Assembly: GCA_038317055.1 (NCBI GenBank)
Contig: JBBQBA010000001.1
Location: forward strand, 344,153-408,152
DNA: 64,000 bases
Direction of reading: 5' to 3'
Source: Candidatus Saccharimonadales bacterium
Lineage (GTDB): Bacteria > Patescibacteriota > Saccharimonadia > Saccharimonadales > DATKHC01
This document shows, piece by piece, positions 16,441 through 24,402 of this stretch; position 1 is the stretch's first letter, and each line of letters begins with the position of its first letter. A program made the translations under genes and the position numbers. The notes beneath the pieces are model-generated. The model ran no database searches and was not told where the DNA came from. It saw nothing but the letters and a program-made list of their open reading frames with translations.

Positions 16441-17052
16441 ATGTTTGTTCATCAATTTAAGCGACTGCAGTTATATTCCGGTATTCTTGGAATATTTGTT
16501 ATCTGGACGGGCATTATTATTGGAATGAGCAGGGTTCATTTGGGTCTTTTGGATAGCCGACCAATAAGCTATCTCGGAGTTAATACCGCATCACGTTCAG
16601 TTTTTAGCTTATGTTTAATATTAAGTGCGCTGTTATTCTTTGCATTTGGCTATTATATAAACTCTAAATTTAAAATTAAAAATAAATTTCTACTTTATTT
16701 TACAATTGGTCAGATTGCACAAATAATCGCAGCAGTTGTTCCTGATACAAACAATAGTCCTTATAAAATAGTCCACACCGTTGCAGCTTTCATACTCGCC
16801 ATCTCCCTACCCTTTTTAATTCGTGAATTTGCTCGATCTCAATCAGGTAAAAGACGCAGCAAAATATATAACCGCTTATCTCATTTAGAACAGTTAACTT
16901 TTGTAATTGGAATAGGTTTATTTATATTTACTAGTGGCGTAGCTCCGCTAGGCGAAGCACTACCAGCCGTCGGGTTTCATATATGGATTATAGTTTTGAC
17001 ATTTTTAATACTAATAGATGGCAAAAAAATATTCAGTTCTTCTAAAACATGA
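16441..17052 (+). CDS. hypothetical polytopic membrane protein
   Basis: 203 aa with about 6 TM helices; family not recognised. Confidence 0.5.
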   Translation: MFVHQFKRLQLYSGILGIFVIWTGIIIGMSRVHLGLLDSRPISYLGVNTASRSVFSLCLILSALLFFAFGYYINSKFKIKNKFLLYFTIGQIAQIIAAVVPDTNNSPYKIVHTVAAFILAISLPFLIREFARSQSGKRRSKIYNRLSHLEQLTFVIGIGLFIFTSGVAPLGEALPAVGFHIWIIVLTFLILIDGKKIFSSSKT

Positions 17053-17102
17053 GAGGTATAATGTCCTATAGTTAATAAATTAATTTCTAGGAGGAATAAA
17101 TA

Positions 17103-17234
17103 ATGGGATTTTTCGATTCATCTAATCCAGAACAAAGACAGGAACAAGAATTTAAACAAATGATAGCTTTACTTACTCAAATTCGGGACTTACTGCAGAA
17201 ATCTATTGAACCGAACGAAAACGAAATACAGTAG
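17103..17234 (+). CDS. small hypothetical protein (43 aa), below the ORF-track size cutoff
   Basis: AGGAGG sits 8 nt upstream of the ATG. Product: MGFFDSSNPEQRQEQEFKQMIALLTQIRDLLQKSIEPNENEIQ. This makes the antisense track ORF 17177-17467 unlikely. Confidence 0.5.
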   Translation: MGFFDSSNPEQRQEQEFKQMIALLTQIRDLLQKSIEPNENEIQ

Positions 17235-17287
17235 TTAACTCTTTTCAATAGTTTGCAATACAGGTGTATTAATGATATAAGTGGTGT

Positions 17288-17452
17288 ATGGAATATCCAC
17301 AAAAACCTGACCCCATAGCTGAGCGAAGAGCTATTGAGGTAGAAACAAGAATGGCTGCATTTACAGACTATGTATTCGGTATGACCCAAACACACGAAGA
17401 ACTTATATATCAACCAAATACTGACCAAACAAACGAAACCGAACAACGCTAG
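17288..17452 (+). CDS. small hypothetical protein (54 aa)
   Basis: My translation: MEYPQKPDPIAERRAIEVETRMAAFTDYVFGMTQTHEELIYQPNTDQTNETEQR. It is on the same strand as both neighbours, and the RBS is weak. Confidence 0.3.
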   Translation: MEYPQKPDPIAERRAIEVETRMAAFTDYVFGMTQTHEELIYQPNTDQTNETEQR

Positions 17453-17495
17453 GCTTCTTAACACCATATACTTGCTTAAAAGAGAATAGTATGCT

Positions 17496-18248
17496 ATGAT
17501 ATGTTCTGAAATGATAGAACAAAAAGCTAAATTTGAAAATATAGAACAAGCTGAACACTACGTAGAAGATGTTAGATCTCACTACCGTGAAGAAGACGCA
17601 TCTTATAGGGGTAGACGAACACCAGATCAAGAACTTATAGCAGAAGTAACATCTGATGAAGCTCGTATTATAGCCGACGGTGTATTACTGGGTATGCTCT
17701 CAATATCTGGAAACGGTGGAGAATTATCTGAAGATGACACACAAGAATTCAAGGTTGGTGGACACACCTGGGAAGAGTTTCGTACTGAGTATGAAAGAAT
17801 TTTAGTAGGTTTTGGTGTTATAACTAATCGACTTGAGCGTGATGGTTATGATGTAGACAGTTATTCAGACATGAGTCTATCAGATAGATTAAAGGTAGCA
17901 TCAGTGCTGTTTTCTAGCTACCTTGGTCATAATGCACTACGTTTTGGTGTAGAATCCGCTGGAATAAAACACTCCATAGGTATAGACGTTAATTTACGTA
18001 CTGACGGCGTTGCTAAACAATGGGTTAGGGTAGATAAGGATAAAGCTAGGGATCCTAGAATGATTAAGCGAAATATGCGAAAACGAGGATTTACTTCAGG
18101 ACCTCGAAATATAAGTCCTGCTGCGAAAATGTCTGAAGCTGACTATATTACCTTACGAAGAGCTTTTCCTGATGTACCTAAAGATGACTTTGATACTATA
18201 GTTAGCTTTTCAACTGATGCAAGAAAAGAACTCGAAAAAAGAGAATAA
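17496..18248 (+). CDS. hypothetical protein
   Basis: 250-aa acidic soluble protein with no recognisable family. The start is uncertain (alternative ATG at 17511). Confidence 0.5.
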   Translation: MICSEMIEQKAKFENIEQAEHYVEDVRSHYREEDASYRGRRTPDQELIAEVTSDEARIIADGVLLGMLSISGNGGELSEDDTQEFKVGGHTWEEFRTEYERILVGFGVITNRLERDGYDVDSYSDMSLSDRLKVASVLFSSYLGHNALRFGVESAGIKHSIGIDVNLRTDGVAKQWVRVDKDKARDPRMIKRNMRKRGFTSGPRNISPAAKMSEADYITLRRAFPDVPKDDFDTIVSFSTDARKELEKRE

Positions 18249-18303
18249 ATTTTTCTAAACAAAAATTTAACTTTTCAGAAGATGGCAGAAATGCCATTTT
18301 TAG

Positions 18304-18810
18304 TTAAATATCAGGACAGTTTGAACCACTAAGAACGGGAATACAACTATCTTTAATTAGCTTAATTTGATCGATACTTATATAAACTCCCGATATTGTG
18401 AAGGTGTGTATCCCTTTTTTTAAACTTACACTGAAGTTTTCACCAGAATTATTGTTTAGACCATTTATCCATACCCAACTATTTAGAGGTATAATTTGAC
18501 CGTTCCCAACTTTGTAACAAGTGTTATTATCTATACCTACAAGTAGTGGATTATATATATCGGGCAAATCATTGAAGTTAATTTGCATTGGTGATTCAAC
18601 ATTCAACCATACTTTATAGTTCGCAGTATTCGTGACATTGATTTTAACGATAATTGTTCCGCTTTGTATTCCGGTTGGCTTGCAATAATTACTAACTTGA
18701 ATCTGATTTGTGTTCCGAAAGCTAATAAAAATTAAGCTACCAATAATTATTACTAAAAGTGTGAAAATTAGAACATCTTGTTGAAATAATTTGTTCTTGA
18801 ATATACTCAT
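18304..18810 (-). CDS. hypothetical membrane-anchored protein, co-operonic with the upstream glycosidase
   Basis: 168 aa with one N-terminal TM helix. Its start lies 1 nt after the stop of the 690-aa gene. Confidence 0.5.
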   Translation of the reverse strand: MSIFKNKLFQQDVLIFTLLVIIIGSLIFISFRNTNQIQVSNYCKPTGIQSGTIIVKINVTNTANYKVWLNVESPMQINFNDLPDIYNPLLVGIDNNTCYKVGNGQIIPLNSWVWINGLNNNSGENFSVSLKKGIHTFTISGVYISIDQIKLIKDSCIPVLSGSNCPDI

Positions 18811-18811
18811 A

Positions 18812-20884
18812 TCATTTACTCAGTTGCAGTACAGTTATTGAACTTGGTGGAAATGTAGCAACTAGTTTACCGTTAACTAGATTGCTATTTTTTTGTACAA
18901 AACCAACAACACCAGGGTCAATAGGCGTGTTGTATGCCAAGAAATTGTTTGAACCTAACGTCCAACTCTTTACGGTTTTATAGCTATTAATGGACGGTTG
19001 TACTTGGGTTTTGACACTTTTTTGTTCAGAGAAATTAATTATCATCATAGATTCATTTCCTTGATTATCGGTTGTAGCTAGTGAAGATAGAGTAGGATAG
19101 CTACCACCGTTAAATACTGTATTTGGGTTGTTGGTAATATTTGAATTAACAAGGTTTGAATAGAGCAATTTAGAATACGCCTGCATAACATAAGCACTAG
19201 GTTGAAGTATTGAGTTTGGTCCTGGCCCACCTATTAGTGCATTGTTTGAAAACGTAGAGCTATTTACATATGTTTTATAGCCTGGCGCAGCTGAGTTTTG
19301 GTAAGAAATTAAATAATGTTTTTCGGCAATTGGTATATGAGCGTTTATCATCACTCTAAGCGAATTCGCAACAAATAGTGCCATGTCTTGAGATCTATGA
19401 TAATTTGGTTGACCATATGGATAAGTTAGAGCATTAACTCCATATTCTGTAACCGCTAAATTAATGTCTTTAGCTCGCTTCCCTGCATACTGATTTATGG
19501 CGGATTGCTCTGATTTTAATACAGTACCAAAATTGTTACTCTGTTGAATTAAACTGTTATGAAAAAGTGATGCAGAACTGTTAGTTGAGATTATTTGACC
19601 GGCATATAAATGGGATGCTAGACAATCATACGGCGTGGTTGATCCCATCAATTGTATAAAGTCGATTGCCTCATAAGCAGAGCAAATCTTGGCTTTCGGA
19701 TCTGCGGCTTTCATTAAATTGTAGTACTGGATAAATCCGTCGTGTGGACCTGACCGATAATTAATACTGACAGTAGCATTGTTAGGAACAATTGCTCCAT
19801 TAACTCCATCACCAAATGTTATTTTACCGGTGATATTATCTAGTAAATAATCGTGTGAATTTCCAGAAACACCCGCAAGACTATTAACCTTCACCCAGGC
19901 TATTCCATTAACAAATACAACCTGACTACCCGATACGATTGGAGGGTATTCAGCGTAGAAAACTTGATTAGGACTTCTATTACCGGCAGTGCTGTTATTA
20001 GTTGCCAAAGTTTTTTGATTACTAAATGATGTGACACCACCATATACGTATTCACACAGGTGGATGTCTGTACTATTACATTGATAATTGTTGCTTCCAA
20101 TAGAAACTACTGCGCCAGACCGCCAGTAATTTTCTCCTGATAAAGACTGTGTTTCGTTGCCAATCTCCCAGACAGGAATATTATATGGCTCGGGATGTCC
20201 GTTTTTAGTTCGTAATTGCCCCCAGGAGTTTGAAATTGGTGCAGTCATATATTGAACCCAGTTTGCGGCTTCTTGGGCAGTCCCAGTTCCAAAATTAACT
20301 GTTATATCGCCAACCGAATTAGTACTACGAAGCAAGTTACCAAATTCATCAGGTCCAAAATTAGATGGAAGAAATACGTTTTGTCCCTGATATACTACGT
20401 TATCTGTTCTGCTATTTTGCTTTCCAATTGCATTTTGCCAATGGTATGTGTCGGACGGGATTCCGCCTGGGTACCTTAAGATAGATATACCAATATCTTT
20501 AGTTTGTTTTATAACGTTTGGATATAATTGGCCAGTTGTTATGTTTTGAGTACCATAACCTCCGTCATACCATATTTCATTAGCACCAAAATCTAGACCG
20601 CTAATCTTGCTACTTTTCGATAATTCACCACTTGTTATCTTTATATTTGATGAGTTTGACGAGGAATTATCAAAACTAACACTATTTTGATTTCCATAAG
20701 TTACCTTTGTATTTGAATCGGCTGATCTATCATTTGATAAATATGCACTACCACTGAGGGTTCCTCCGCTGACACTTAGAGCACTCGAAACACCCTTCCC
20801 TAACAAAATAAAACCAGAAACGATCGCTAATAGCGAAAATAACCTGATTAGTTGCCAAATATATTTATTGTGAACTCGTAACAT
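18812..20884 (-). CDS. secreted clan GH-A glycoside hydrolase, GH51 alpha-L-arabinofuranosidase-like
   Basis: 690 aa with a signal/TM anchor. LRYPGGIPSDTYHWQNAIG resembles the GH51 RYPGGN..Y.W..G.G motif. VWEIGNETQ would carry the acid/base Glu and LAVTEYGV the nucleophile Glu. Confidence 0.55.
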   Translation of the reverse strand: MLRVHNKYIWQLIRLFSLLAIVSGFILLGKGVSSALSVSGGTLSGSAYLSNDRSADSNTKVTYGNQNSVSFDNSSSNSSNIKITSGELSKSSKISGLDFGANEIWYDGGYGTQNITTGQLYPNVIKQTKDIGISILRYPGGIPSDTYHWQNAIGKQNSRTDNVVYQGQNVFLPSNFGPDEFGNLLRSTNSVGDITVNFGTGTAQEAANWVQYMTAPISNSWGQLRTKNGHPEPYNIPVWEIGNETQSLSGENYWRSGAVVSIGSNNYQCNSTDIHLCEYVYGGVTSFSNQKTLATNNSTAGNRSPNQVFYAEYPPIVSGSQVVFVNGIAWVKVNSLAGVSGNSHDYLLDNITGKITFGDGVNGAIVPNNATVSINYRSGPHDGFIQYYNLMKAADPKAKICSAYEAIDFIQLMGSTTPYDCLASHLYAGQIISTNSSASLFHNSLIQQSNNFGTVLKSEQSAINQYAGKRAKDINLAVTEYGVNALTYPYGQPNYHRSQDMALFVANSLRVMINAHIPIAEKHYLISYQNSAAPGYKTYVNSSTFSNNALIGGPGPNSILQPSAYVMQAYSKLLYSNLVNSNITNNPNTVFNGGSYPTLSSLATTDNQGNESMMIINFSEQKSVKTQVQPSINSYKTVKSWTLGSNNFLAYNTPIDPGVVGFVQKNSNLVNGKLVATFPPSSITVLQLSK

Positions 20885-20991
20885 GATTGCAAATATTGGG
20901 CAAAAATATACCCAAATGAACTTTCTATAACCTATAGCTATTTTAATCTATAAAAGTAATATGCATAAGCACATTAACTCTTTTATATTGG

Positions 20992-21000
20992 TGGTATAAT
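20992..21000 (+). promoter_or_regulatory. extended -10 promoter element (TGGTATAAT)
   Basis: TGnTATAAT lies 24 nt upstream of the ATG at 21024, with a GGAG RBS in between. Confidence 0.45.
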
Positions 21001-21023
21001 TATCGAATAATTCTGGAGAACTT

Positions 21024-22217
21024 ATGCCCCCACAAAATAATCTTTCATCAACTAATGATTCGGAAGGTGCTACAAAGTTCTCAGGTCTATCTGGAAATGA
21101 AATGTATTGTGCATCTTTACTTGGATATTTACCAGGTAATCTTTTAGTAGGAAATAGCGTATTTTCAATAGGCGTTATTGGAAGTTTTCGTTCAAGTATA
21201 AGAACTGTTGTCGGTGGAGAAATTAAACAATATACAGAGATGATAGCCGAAGGTCGACGACTTTCACTTGAACGATTCGACCAAGAATTAAAAAATAATA
21301 GTGGTTCTGGCGCAAGTGGTGTTACTAGTGATCTAATATTTCACCCTGGTAATGTAGAATTTTTGACTGTTGGGTCAACGATCCATAGAGCTGACAAGGT
21401 TGAAGAAGCAGACTTTACGACTTCGGCAGACGCCCAAGAACTTTTCTGCCAATGGGATGCAGGATATAAGCCAATTAGTTTTGTGTTTGGAAATGTTGCA
21501 TATTCAATCGGTGTTGGTAAGGGTATTCTTGGTTCATTTAAGAAACTCGCAAAAGGAGAAGTAACTCAGTTTAGTGGGATATTTAATACTACTCGAAATC
21601 TAGCACTTCAAAGAATTATTGAAGAAGCAAAAGCCCGAAATGCAAATAGTGTTGTTGGAATACGCACCAGTATATTACCGATTGGTGGTTCCGGAGTTCA
21701 AGAAATGGTTATGATTGGTACTGCCTCAAATAACGATGAACTTAATGAGATAGCAGCATCAGTTGGCGGAGTTACAACTAGCGATTTAACCGCTGAAGAA
21801 ACTTGGAATATAGCAAAGCTGGGCTATACGCCAATAAAGTTAGTACTTGGCACGTCGGTATATTCGTTAGGTTTAGCTGGTGGAATAAAGGCAGCTTTCA
21901 GAAATCTTGTAAAAGGTGAAATAAAGGAATTAACCGAGTTAATTTACGGTGCTCGAGAACAGTCACTTAGAAAAGTTCAGCTACAAGCTGAAGAAATAGG
22001 TGCTGACGATGTGCTGGGCATAAGGACTTACGTTTATAACCTGGGAAACGGCGTTATTGAGTTTTTAGCAATCGGTACAGCAGTTAAAAAAGTCACTGGT
22101 ATAGCTACAAAAAGCACTCAATTACCACCTCAAGCAATTATCCGGGATAAAAATACTTTCATAAATACCGCTAACACATCCTACGGTGTTAATCTTCAAG
22201 ATCAATCAAGAAGATAA
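21024..22217 (+). CDS. YbjQ/UPF0145-family protein with three tandem domains
   Basis: 397 aa with three internal repeats of the YbjQ-like pattern, e.g. GNSVFSIGVIGSFRSSIRTVVGGEIKQYT, GNVAYSIGVGKGILGSFKKLAKGEVTQFS and GTSVYSLGLAGGIKAAFRNLVKGEIKELT. Confidence 0.65.
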   Translation: MPPQNNLSSTNDSEGATKFSGLSGNEMYCASLLGYLPGNLLVGNSVFSIGVIGSFRSSIRTVVGGEIKQYTEMIAEGRRLSLERFDQELKNNSGSGASGVTSDLIFHPGNVEFLTVGSTIHRADKVEEADFTTSADAQELFCQWDAGYKPISFVFGNVAYSIGVGKGILGSFKKLAKGEVTQFSGIFNTTRNLALQRIIEEAKARNANSVVGIRTSILPIGGSGVQEMVMIGTASNNDELNEIAASVGGVTTSDLTAEETWNIAKLGYTPIKLVLGTSVYSLGLAGGIKAAFRNLVKGEIKELTELIYGAREQSLRKVQLQAEEIGADDVLGIRTYVYNLGNGVIEFLAIGTAVKKVTGIATKSTQLPPQAIIRDKNTFINTANTSYGVNLQDQSRR

Positions 22218-22371
22218 GTTTACCAAAGTATTTACCTGTGTTAAAATTTTAGTACATCATGAGTTTCAACATTTACAAGCACGTCACAATTATTGTCCTA
22301 GGAGCTAAAGGGCTGTGCTTTGAATATGTTGAAGCCAAGCGTTAACCCGCTACAGTACAGTCCAAAACGAT

Positions 22372-22396
22372 AGGCTTCAACTGAGAAGCTTTTTTT
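22372..22396 (+). terminator. rho-independent terminator
   Basis: AGGCTTC-AACTGA-GAAGCTT followed by a T-run (ttttttt). Confidence 0.6.
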
Positions 22397-22417
22397 AATA
22401 TAAGGAGATAAAAACAG

Positions 22418-22594
22418 ATGGAGTACGATCCGACAAATTCTAATAGATCATTAAGCCCCGGTTGTGTTGGTAGCTTTTCATTAAAGCATTCAATGCAGCC
22501 AGTTGAACCTCAAGTTCCAACTGAGCCAGAAGAAGTTGCCGATATTCAACCGAGCAATGGTTTTGAACACCAAGAATATGTAAACGCAATATAA
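22418..22594 (+). CDS. small hypothetical protein (58 aa), below the ORF-track cutoff
   Basis: AAGGAG lies 8 nt upstream of the ATG. Product: MEYDPTNSNRSLSPGCVGSFSLKHSMQPVEPQVPTEPEEVADIQPSNGFEHQEYVNAI. Confidence 0.5.
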   Translation: MEYDPTNSNRSLSPGCVGSFSLKHSMQPVEPQVPTEPEEVADIQPSNGFEHQEYVNAI

Positions 22595-22649
22595 TTTGTC
22601 GCTCTACATATTTTTATCTATACGAGGTAAACTTAGGGGTAATTGGATA

Positions 22650-23870
22650 TTGCTAGTGATAAAATTCAAACAACACATAAGTAAGCTCGAAACCGAAAAA
22701 ATAATTGGGATAACAGTTATAGCTGTATTAACTATCCTAGGCGTGAGCATATTAGCAGCCAGTCATGCTGCGACCACTTCTATATCGGTCGAAGTTGAAC
22801 ATGGTAATTTGAGTGGTTTAGCAACTTCACAACTAGATAGCACAACTTCGAGCGGGCATTACATAAAATTTGGTGATCCTTTTAATGTTTACAGCGGGAA
22901 GTTACTGGGGGTAAACGCCAATACTTCGGACATACCTTCATTAACCGAGCTTCATGCTACTAGTGAACGTAGTGAATTTAGCCTGGATACAACTGGTACT
23001 GTATTCAAAAGTATCGTAAATGACGGCTCAACAACGGTCAATTGGTTAAATAAAATGACCACGGCTCATATTCAGCCAATTCCATTAATGGACACATATA
23101 CTCCGATAGTTCCAGGTTCAAACGTATATATTGACCCAACTATTTGGGCAACGGCAGTGGTTAATTGGTGTCAGGTGTACTGTGCGGGAGGTTCTTTTTA
23201 TACAAATAATCCAGACGCCAACTCATTTTATGCCCCCAGAGCGCTTGAAATGCTAAATGAACCTTATGGTGGTTGGTACCGAGGAGGTGCAGTCCCGCCA
23301 ATAGGATATGCAAATATGCTAATTGCTACACGGGCAGCCTTAGATAAGGCTGGATATAGTAAAATTGCAATATTGGCGGCTACTGCTAACGCACATAGTT
23401 CTAATAGTTGGACGTTGGCAGTAGCGGCCGCAGGTGGCTATGCAGCTTCTCAAGGTCTCGCTATCCATCCATATTCTTCTGGTAACATTGTTATGCCTCC
23501 AAACGTAACACCTGATGACGGCTGGAATACTATTTATTATTACCACCAATTATTTAATATGGACGTATATGTAACAGAGGTTGGTTGGTGTACTACTAGC
23601 GTAATTGATAACTCTCCGTGTGATGGGCGAGTTCAGACAGAAGTGAATAAAGATGCTGACATTACTAATGCCATAAATCAACTTGGTAGCGTACCTTGGA
23701 TTAAAAATTTCGATTATTTTAATATGCATCCTTTTAATGAGTGTGTTACGAAAGTAAACGGAGTATGCACATTATCGAAAATTAATAGTTATGCACTATA
23801 TGATTCATCAGGAAATAAAACACCCGCCTATTCGGCTTATGAGGCAGCTGCTAAAGCGAACGGTTTTTAG
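22650..23870 (+). CDS. secreted glycoside hydrolase, GH5-like (clan GH-A)
   Basis: The track ORF starts at 22596. I prefer TTG at 22650 (AGGGG 10 nt upstream), which gives the signal peptide MLVIKFKQ...ILAASHA. ALEMLNEPYG (NEP acid/base motif) and VYVTEVGW (nucleophile Glu) are present. Confidence 0.6.
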   Translation: MLVIKFKQHISKLETEKIIGITVIAVLTILGVSILAASHAATTSISVEVEHGNLSGLATSQLDSTTSSGHYIKFGDPFNVYSGKLLGVNANTSDIPSLTELHATSERSEFSLDTTGTVFKSIVNDGSTTVNWLNKMTTAHIQPIPLMDTYTPIVPGSNVYIDPTIWATAVVNWCQVYCAGGSFYTNNPDANSFYAPRALEMLNEPYGGWYRGGAVPPIGYANMLIATRAALDKAGYSKIAILAATANAHSSNSWTLAVAAAGGYAASQGLAIHPYSSGNIVMPPNVTPDDGWNTIYYYHQLFNMDVYVTEVGWCTTSVIDNSPCDGRVQTEVNKDADITNAINQLGSVPWIKNFDYFNMHPFNECVTKVNGVCTLSKINSYALYDSSGNKTPAYSAYEAAAKANGF

Positions 23871-23871
23871 A

Positions 23872-24285
23872 TCAAGTTGTAACTTTTTGTAATAAGTCGA
23901 TGAAGGTTTTGACTTCTTTGTCAGATAGTTTTTTCATAATGAAACTGTCATCGTCTGTTAGCTTACTTATAATTATTTTGCGGATTTTATTTCCCTCAGG
24001 CTTAAGTTTAATCATTTTAACTCGACGGTCGTTTGGATCTTCAATGCGCCCGACAAGTTCTTTTTTCTCTAGTCCATCTATAATTCCAGTTGTATTAGAT
24101 GCATCACAATGCAGCATTCTCGTAAAACTATTCATTGGCCGCGATTCATCAAGTAACATTAAGGTAATTGCTTGAATAGGTGAAATTTTATAAGTTTCTG
24201 CAACTTGAGCAATGTTTCTTTTAGATAGTAAAAGAAATTCGGTTAGTGCTAAATATGATTTTTCTAAACTTGCTCGTTGCTCCAT
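23872..24285 (-). CDS. MarR-family transcriptional regulator
   Basis: 137 aa. Winged-helix pattern ISPIQAITLMLL...MNSFTRMLHCDASNTTGIIDGLEKKELVGRIEDPNDRRVKMIKLKPEG. It is divergent from an MFS efflux gene. Confidence 0.8.
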   Translation of the reverse strand: MEQRASLEKSYLALTEFLLLSKRNIAQVAETYKISPIQAITLMLLDESRPMNSFTRMLHCDASNTTGIIDGLEKKELVGRIEDPNDRRVKMIKLKPEGNKIRKIIISKLTDDDSFIMKKLSDKEVKTFIDLLQKVTT

Positions 24286-24305
24286 AACATTCTTATCCTA
24301 ACAAA

Positions 24306-24340
24306 AATAGTTGACAAACTCAACTATTGAATATTACAAT
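24306..24340 (+). promoter_or_regulatory. promoter (TTGACA-18-TACAAT) overlapped by a 9-bp inverted repeat, a likely MarR operator
   Basis: AATAGTTGA-CAAAC-TCAACTATT (24306-24328) is a perfect inverted repeat covering the -35 TTGACA (24311-24316). The -10 TACAAT is at 24335-24340. Confidence 0.6.
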
Positions 24341-24402
24341 GATATTATATTCATTATTTTAAATCTATACTTAAATAAAAGATCAAGAAAAGGTTGGGGT
24401 GT

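Noticed and set aside
17177-17630. Minus-strand ORFs 17177-17467 and 17403-17630
   Set aside because: Their translations are Phe/Leu/Cys-rich and implausible, typical of antisense AT-rich sequence. Plus-strand small ORFs with strong RBS explain the region better.
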